In this document: positions 14,201 to 17,002 of the stretch, piece by piece
How positions within the stretch are numbered: position 1 is the stretch's first letter
Layout: each line of letters begins with the position of its first letter
IMG/VR virus record: IMGVR_UViG_3300045988_176326
Location: 1-17,002 of that record
Source of the DNA: a virus
Direction: 5' to 3' (one strand)
DNA: 17,002 bases
Notes under the pieces: generated by a model
Database searches by the model: none
What the model was told of the DNA's origin: nothing
Seen by the model: the letters and a program-made list of their open reading frames with translations, nothing else
Made by a program: the position numbers and the translations under genes

Positions 14201-14945
14201 AAGTTTTTGATTGTTGAGTAGTTTGTTGTGGTTCCGGAGTGTTTCTTTTCCGGATGTTGTCGAGGTATCGCAAAGCGAACGCCCTCACAGCGGCCCGCCA
14301 ATTGGCTACCGGCACCCCCTGCCTGTCTACCCATCCGGAAGCTTCCCGGTCGTTGAAGAAAAGCAAGGCAATTTGTTTAACATCGGAATGTTGAAGAGGA
14401 AGAGCCCCTTTGAAGGCCTCTGCTGTCAGGAAATCCTCCACCTCTTCGGACGTCTCCGGCAACGGAATGGCGCGTTTTTCTTTTTCATTGGCCCTCGTTA
14501 GAGGGACAATGTTTTCTTTCTTCTCTTCTCTTCTCTGGTCCGCATGTTGTCCGCATGTTGTCCGCTTCCTGTGCGGACGTTTGTCCGCATTATCGTCGTA
14601 ACCCATTCTTTCCAGGCGTTTTCTTTCTGCTTCCATTGCGCGGCGTTTCGCGGATTGGCCGTTGTGCCGTCCAAAGTTGGGGAACTCAAGGGAGGCAGCG
14701 CGTCCCTTGAGCCAGCCCACCTGGCGAAGCGCATCGGCGAAACCGTTCAGGTCCGCAATGTCGTCAATGTCTTCTTCCGAGATGTCCATCCCGGAACCTG
14801 TGAAAGAGTGAGTGTCCGCCCAGGACCATACGGAAACAAGACGTCCTACAATGTCGAACCTGGATAAATGAAGAGCGCGGGCCATGCGGCGCACTTCCGG
14901 CTTATCGTTCAGTTCTTTTTCCACTTTGATCCAGTCTCCGGCCAT
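14190..14945 (-). CDS. Phage replisome organiser / replication initiator (lambda O-like role)
   Basis: 251 aa. The N-terminus MAGDWIKVEKELNDKPEV...GRLVSVWSWAD resembles the phage replisome-organiser N-terminal domain pattern. A basic/charged linker carries DNA iterons. The C-terminal domain contains WVDRQGVPVANWRAAVRAFALRY. It is followed by the DnaC-like loader. Confidence 0.7.
   Translation of the reverse strand: MAGDWIKVEKELNDKPEVRRMARALHLSRFDIVGRLVSVWSWADTHSFTGSGMDISEEDIDDIADLNGFADALRQVGWLKGRAASLEFPNFGRHNGQSAKRRAMEAERKRLERMGYDDNADKRPHRKRTTCGQHADQRREEKKENIVPLTRANEKEKRAIPLPETSEEVEDFLTAEAFKGALPLQHSDVKQIALLFFNDREASGWVDRQGVPVANWRAAVRAFALRYLDNIRKRNTPEPQQTTQQSKTYGY
14538..14590. repeat. Iteron cluster (candidate origin of replication) inside the organiser gene
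   Basis: GTCCGCATGTT at 14538 and 14549 (tandem, 11-nt period), GTCCGC at 14560, inverted GCGGAC at 14573..14578, GTCCGCAT at 14583. A polypyrimidine tract TTTTCTTTCTTCTCTTCTCTTCTCT lies just upstream (14511..14536). Confidence 0.5.
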
Positions 14946-14957
14946 ATCAAAAAAGCG

Positions 14958-15428
14958 TCAGTTGGGGGTTGTAGATTTCATAAAGACCAGGAAGACGGTC
15001 TTCCCGCGGCGGTGTCCGAACAAAGGTTCATGGCTGGCCAGCTTCAACACTTCTGCCGTGCTGACCTGATCCTCACACCATTTGAACACCAGAACGCCGC
15101 CCGGTTCCAAAACCCGGAAACACTCCCGGAATCCGGCCTTCAAATCATCCCTCCATGTCTTCCGATCCAGTTTTCCGTATTTCTTGGCCAGCCAGGACGA
15201 TTCCCCGGCGTGAATCAGGTGCGGAGGGTCGAACACGACAAGGCGAAACGCCCCGTCACTGAAAGGCATGGCCCGGAAGTCTCCGACGACATCCGGCTTG
15301 ATTTCCAGAGTGCGCCCGTCGCAAAGCGTGTGTGTTTCCTCCCGGCGGTCCATGAACACCACGTCAGGATGGCGGCGGTTAAACCAGAACATGCGGGAGC
15401 CGCAGCAGGCGTCAAGAATGGCTTTCAT
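14958..15428 (-). CDS. Small SAM-dependent methyltransferase with DPPH motif (probable orphan DNA amino-methyltransferase)
   Basis: 156 aa. Motif I-like ILDACCGS at aa 4-11 and motif IV-like DPPH at aa 67-70. ATGA overlap with the upstream gene. No adjacent endonuclease gene. Confidence 0.75.
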   Translation of the reverse strand: MKAILDACCGSRMFWFNRRHPDVVFMDRREETHTLCDGRTLEIKPDVVGDFRAMPFSDGAFRLVVFDPPHLIHAGESSWLAKKYGKLDRKTWRDDLKAGFRECFRVLEPGGVLVFKWCEDQVSTAEVLKLASHEPLFGHRRGKTVFLVFMKSTTPN

Positions 15429-15817
15429 TCCCCCTCCTTTCCGTCCGCCGCCATATCCACGCCAAACGCCGCGACGTATTTCTTGGCCTCTTGCGGGTCT
15501 TGCAAATAGCCCAGCAGGAAACGCAAGGCATCTTCCACCGTGGCTTTTCGCATTTGGAGATTGTTGTAAAGCTGCTGAACGGCAGCGCCCTTGGTGTTGC
15601 CGTAGGCAATAAACCCATAGTCATCATACAGGTTGCACAATTCCTGGAGCATATCGACATTCCCGATAAAAACGGAATATTGCGGCCTGCACCAAGATCG
15701 ATACGTTCCGATACGGTGCTTGTTGGCCTTGGCCCAGGCATCCACTTCCGGGGGCAGTCCCGCGGCATAGGGTTTCCGTGCATGATCACGGGGTGGCAGG
15801 TCAAAGAGGTATTTCAT
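15425..15817 (-). CDS. Hypothetical protein (130 aa)
   Basis: The internal ATG 15817..15815 of track ORF 15425..15901 forms an ATGA overlap with the upstream stop and is preceded by GGAAGGGGA. No motif recognised. Confidence 0.6.
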   Translation of the reverse strand: MKYLFDLPPRDHARKPYAAGLPPEVDAWAKANKHRIGTYRSWCRPQYSVFIGNVDMLQELCNLYDDYGFIAYGNTKGAAVQQLYNNLQMRKATVEDALRFLLGYLQDPQEAKKYVAAFGVDMAADGKEGE

Positions 15818-16149
15818 GATTCCCCTTCCTTTCTCGGTTCCCAGCGGTCCATGATTTCTGCGATATTGGCATGAGAGCATTCGCAACATGGAACATCCCA
15901 TTCAGAATAGTCTGAATATTTACAATTCCCACAGTACCTCTCTTTAACCTGCCACACCCGGCACGCGGCCCGCTTCTGCCATGCGTCGCGGATGAGTGCA
16001 TTTAATCCGCACATGTTGCGCTGCATATGCCAAAAGGAAAGCCCCATATCGGGCACATCAACAAGCAACTCTTTTAATCTGTGCGCTTTGAGCCAAGCGC
16101 GAGCGCGCCCGTATTCGTAAAAAGCTTTCTGTTCAGACGTCAGTTTCAT
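15814..16149 (-). CDS. Hypothetical Cys-rich protein (111 aa), probable zinc-binding C-terminus
   Basis: C73-x2-C76-x11-C88-C89-x-C91 (CGNCKYSDYSEWDVPCCEC). Its ATG 16149..16147 overlaps the TGA of the 33-aa micro-ORF. Confidence 0.65.
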   Translation of the reverse strand: MKLTSEQKAFYEYGRARAWLKAHRLKELLVDVPDMGLSFWHMQRNMCGLNALIRDAWQKRAACRVWQVKERYCGNCKYSDYSEWDVPCCECSHANIAEIMDRWEPRKEGES

Positions 16150-16247
16150 TTTTTTATTTTGTATATAATATATTGAATGATAAGAATAACTAATAATATA
16201 ACTAAAATTGAAAATATTAAAATATCGAATAAATCAATAATTATCAT
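16146..16247 (-). CDS. 33-aa single-pass membrane micro-protein, not in the ORF track
   Basis: Hand translation: ATG 16247..16245 ... TGA 16148..16146 = MIIIDLFDILIFSILVILLVILIIQYIIYKIKK. It makes ATGA overlaps with both neighbours. Only 12 G/C in 102 nt. Confidence 0.6.
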   Translation of the reverse strand: MIIIDLFDILIFSILVILLVILIIQYIIYKIKK

Positions 16248-16618
16248 TGCTGGACTCCTTTCTGCTCAATCTCCCAGGGCCATTGATCCACCTCATCACA
16301 GTAAATGATGGAAGCATTTCCTGCGTAGTCGCGAACGGTTATTTTGCATAAATCAAGGTCCTTAGAGACAATCGTAACGGGATAAATACTGCTACTATAT
16401 ACGAGCTTGTCCCCCGGCCAGACCCTCATGATGGGAGGAAACAAAGAAACAAGCCTATCCATATCTTCAATGCACGCTTTCTTGGTTTTCCAAAAATGGG
16501 AACTCTGGAAGAAGCAGTTGTAGCAACCAGCAACCCAATCGGTTGTTATTCCTCGGACATCATATCCTCGTATGGCTTTCAAAGGTGTGCCGCAAAGAGG
16601 GCATTTAGGCGTTTTCAT
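16244..16618 (-). CDS. Zn-ribbon protein (124 aa), unknown function
   Basis: The internal ATG 16618..16616 of track ORF 16244..16837 is preceded by AGGAGGGACG inside the rusA 3' end (14-nt overlap). MKTPKCPLCGTPLKAIRGYDVRGITTDWVAGCYNCFF gives C6-x2-C9...C32-x2-C35. Lower GC (27/60 in the line starting at 16321). Confidence 0.7.
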   Translation of the reverse strand: MKTPKCPLCGTPLKAIRGYDVRGITTDWVAGCYNCFFQSSHFWKTKKACIEDMDRLVSLFPPIMRVWPGDKLVYSSSIYPVTIVSKDLDLCKITVRDYAGNASIIYCDEVDQWPWEIEQKGVQQ

Positions 16619-17000
16619 CGTCCCTCCTTTCAAACACGATTTCCACCTTGCCGGCGCGTCCCAGGTCGTGAATCCGCTCAATCCCGGCGCAATCCAGCGT
16701 CCGGTCGTCAATCCCCAGGGCCTTGCAAGCTCCATCCAGATACGCCTTGCAGCGCGCCAGGCAATTATCCGCGTCCGGCTTCGGCCCCTTGAAAAACCAG
16801 ACCACCCGGTAATGCGTCGGTTGCATCCTCCGTCCATTCAGGGCTTCATAAGTCCTGCCCCAGGCTATATTCCGGGCGCGGCTCTTGGCAGCCGTCTTTT
16901 TGTACCCGGCCACAATGGCCCCCCTCTGCGTGAGAGGGGCCTTGGCATTCGGAGACAGGCAGCGCGGCGTGTGGGGCAAAGTAATGGTCAGCGTGGTCAT
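16605..17000 (-). CDS. rusA: RusA-family Holliday junction resolvase
   Basis: 131 aa, a typical RusA size. KPDADNCLARCKAYLDGACKALGIDDR matches the catalytic D-x-D-N ... K-x-x-x-D region of the RusA endodeoxyribonuclease family. ATG at 17000..16998. Confidence 0.85.
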   Translation of the reverse strand: MTTLTITLPHTPRCLSPNAKAPLTQRGAIVAGYKKTAAKSRARNIAWGRTYEALNGRRMQPTHYRVVWFFKGPKPDADNCLARCKAYLDGACKALGIDDRTLDCAGIERIHDLGRAGKVEIVFERRDDENA

Positions 17001-17002
17001 CA

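Larger units (their letters stand above)
1..17002 (-). mobile_element. Segment of a tailed-phage genome / prophage (early replication module, small plus-strand cassette, late packaging-head-fibre module)
   Basis: Contiguous minus-strand genes for RusA, replisome organiser, DnaC-like loader, TerS, TerL, portal, prohead protease/scaffold, major capsid, connector and collagen-like fibre. Dense packing with many ATGA start/stop overlaps. No phage ends (att sites, integrase) inside the window. Confidence 0.9.

Noticed and set aside
14538-14590. Short tandem repeats considered as a CRISPR array
   Set aside because: The 11-nt repeats are directly abutting, with no spacers, and lie inside a coding region. 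They are interpreted as iterons instead.

Overview
This 17-kb window is a densely packed piece of a tailed-phage genome, most likely a prophage in a GC-rich host. The host cannot be identified from the sequence alone. Nearly everything is coded on the minus strand. Reading 17002->1 there are four blocks. (i) An early/replication block: RusA-type resolvase, a Zn-ribbon protein, a hidden 33-aa membrane micro-ORF in a stretch of about 12% GC, a Cys-rich protein, an unknown 130-aa protein, a small DPPH-motif SAM methyltransferase, a replisome-organiser gene with an internal iteron cluster (candidate ori), and a DnaC/IstB-like AAA+ loader. (ii) The only plus-strand genes: a two-gene cassette (very acidic 93-aa protein + 69-aa HTH protein) behind a promoter occluded by a perfect 21-bp palindrome. 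This is my top candidate for an undescribed anti-defence module (Acr/Aca-like or DNA mimic). (iii) A hairpin-rich intergenic region of about 450 bp with a bidirectional terminator, UUCG and GNRA tetraloop hairpins and a near-consensus promoter. (iv) The late block: TerS, TerL, portal, Mu gpI-like protease/scaffold, DUF2190-like protein, lambda gpE-like major capsid protein, Mu gp36-like connector, MuF-like minor head protein, morphogenesis/neck proteins, two small proteins, a tube/adaptor-like protein, a 645-aa fibre with 26 collagen G-X-Y triplets, a fibre accessory protein and a truncated lipoprotein gene. I saw no tRNA, rRNA, CRISPR array, integrase or transposase. All family assignments come from motif recognition and synteny by eye; no database search was possible. 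Several late genes (terS, capsid, tube-like, fibre) have protein-like open frames upstream of the first canonical start codon, so their 5' ends are uncertain. Most plus-strand ORFs in the supplied track are antisense shadows of minus-strand genes.
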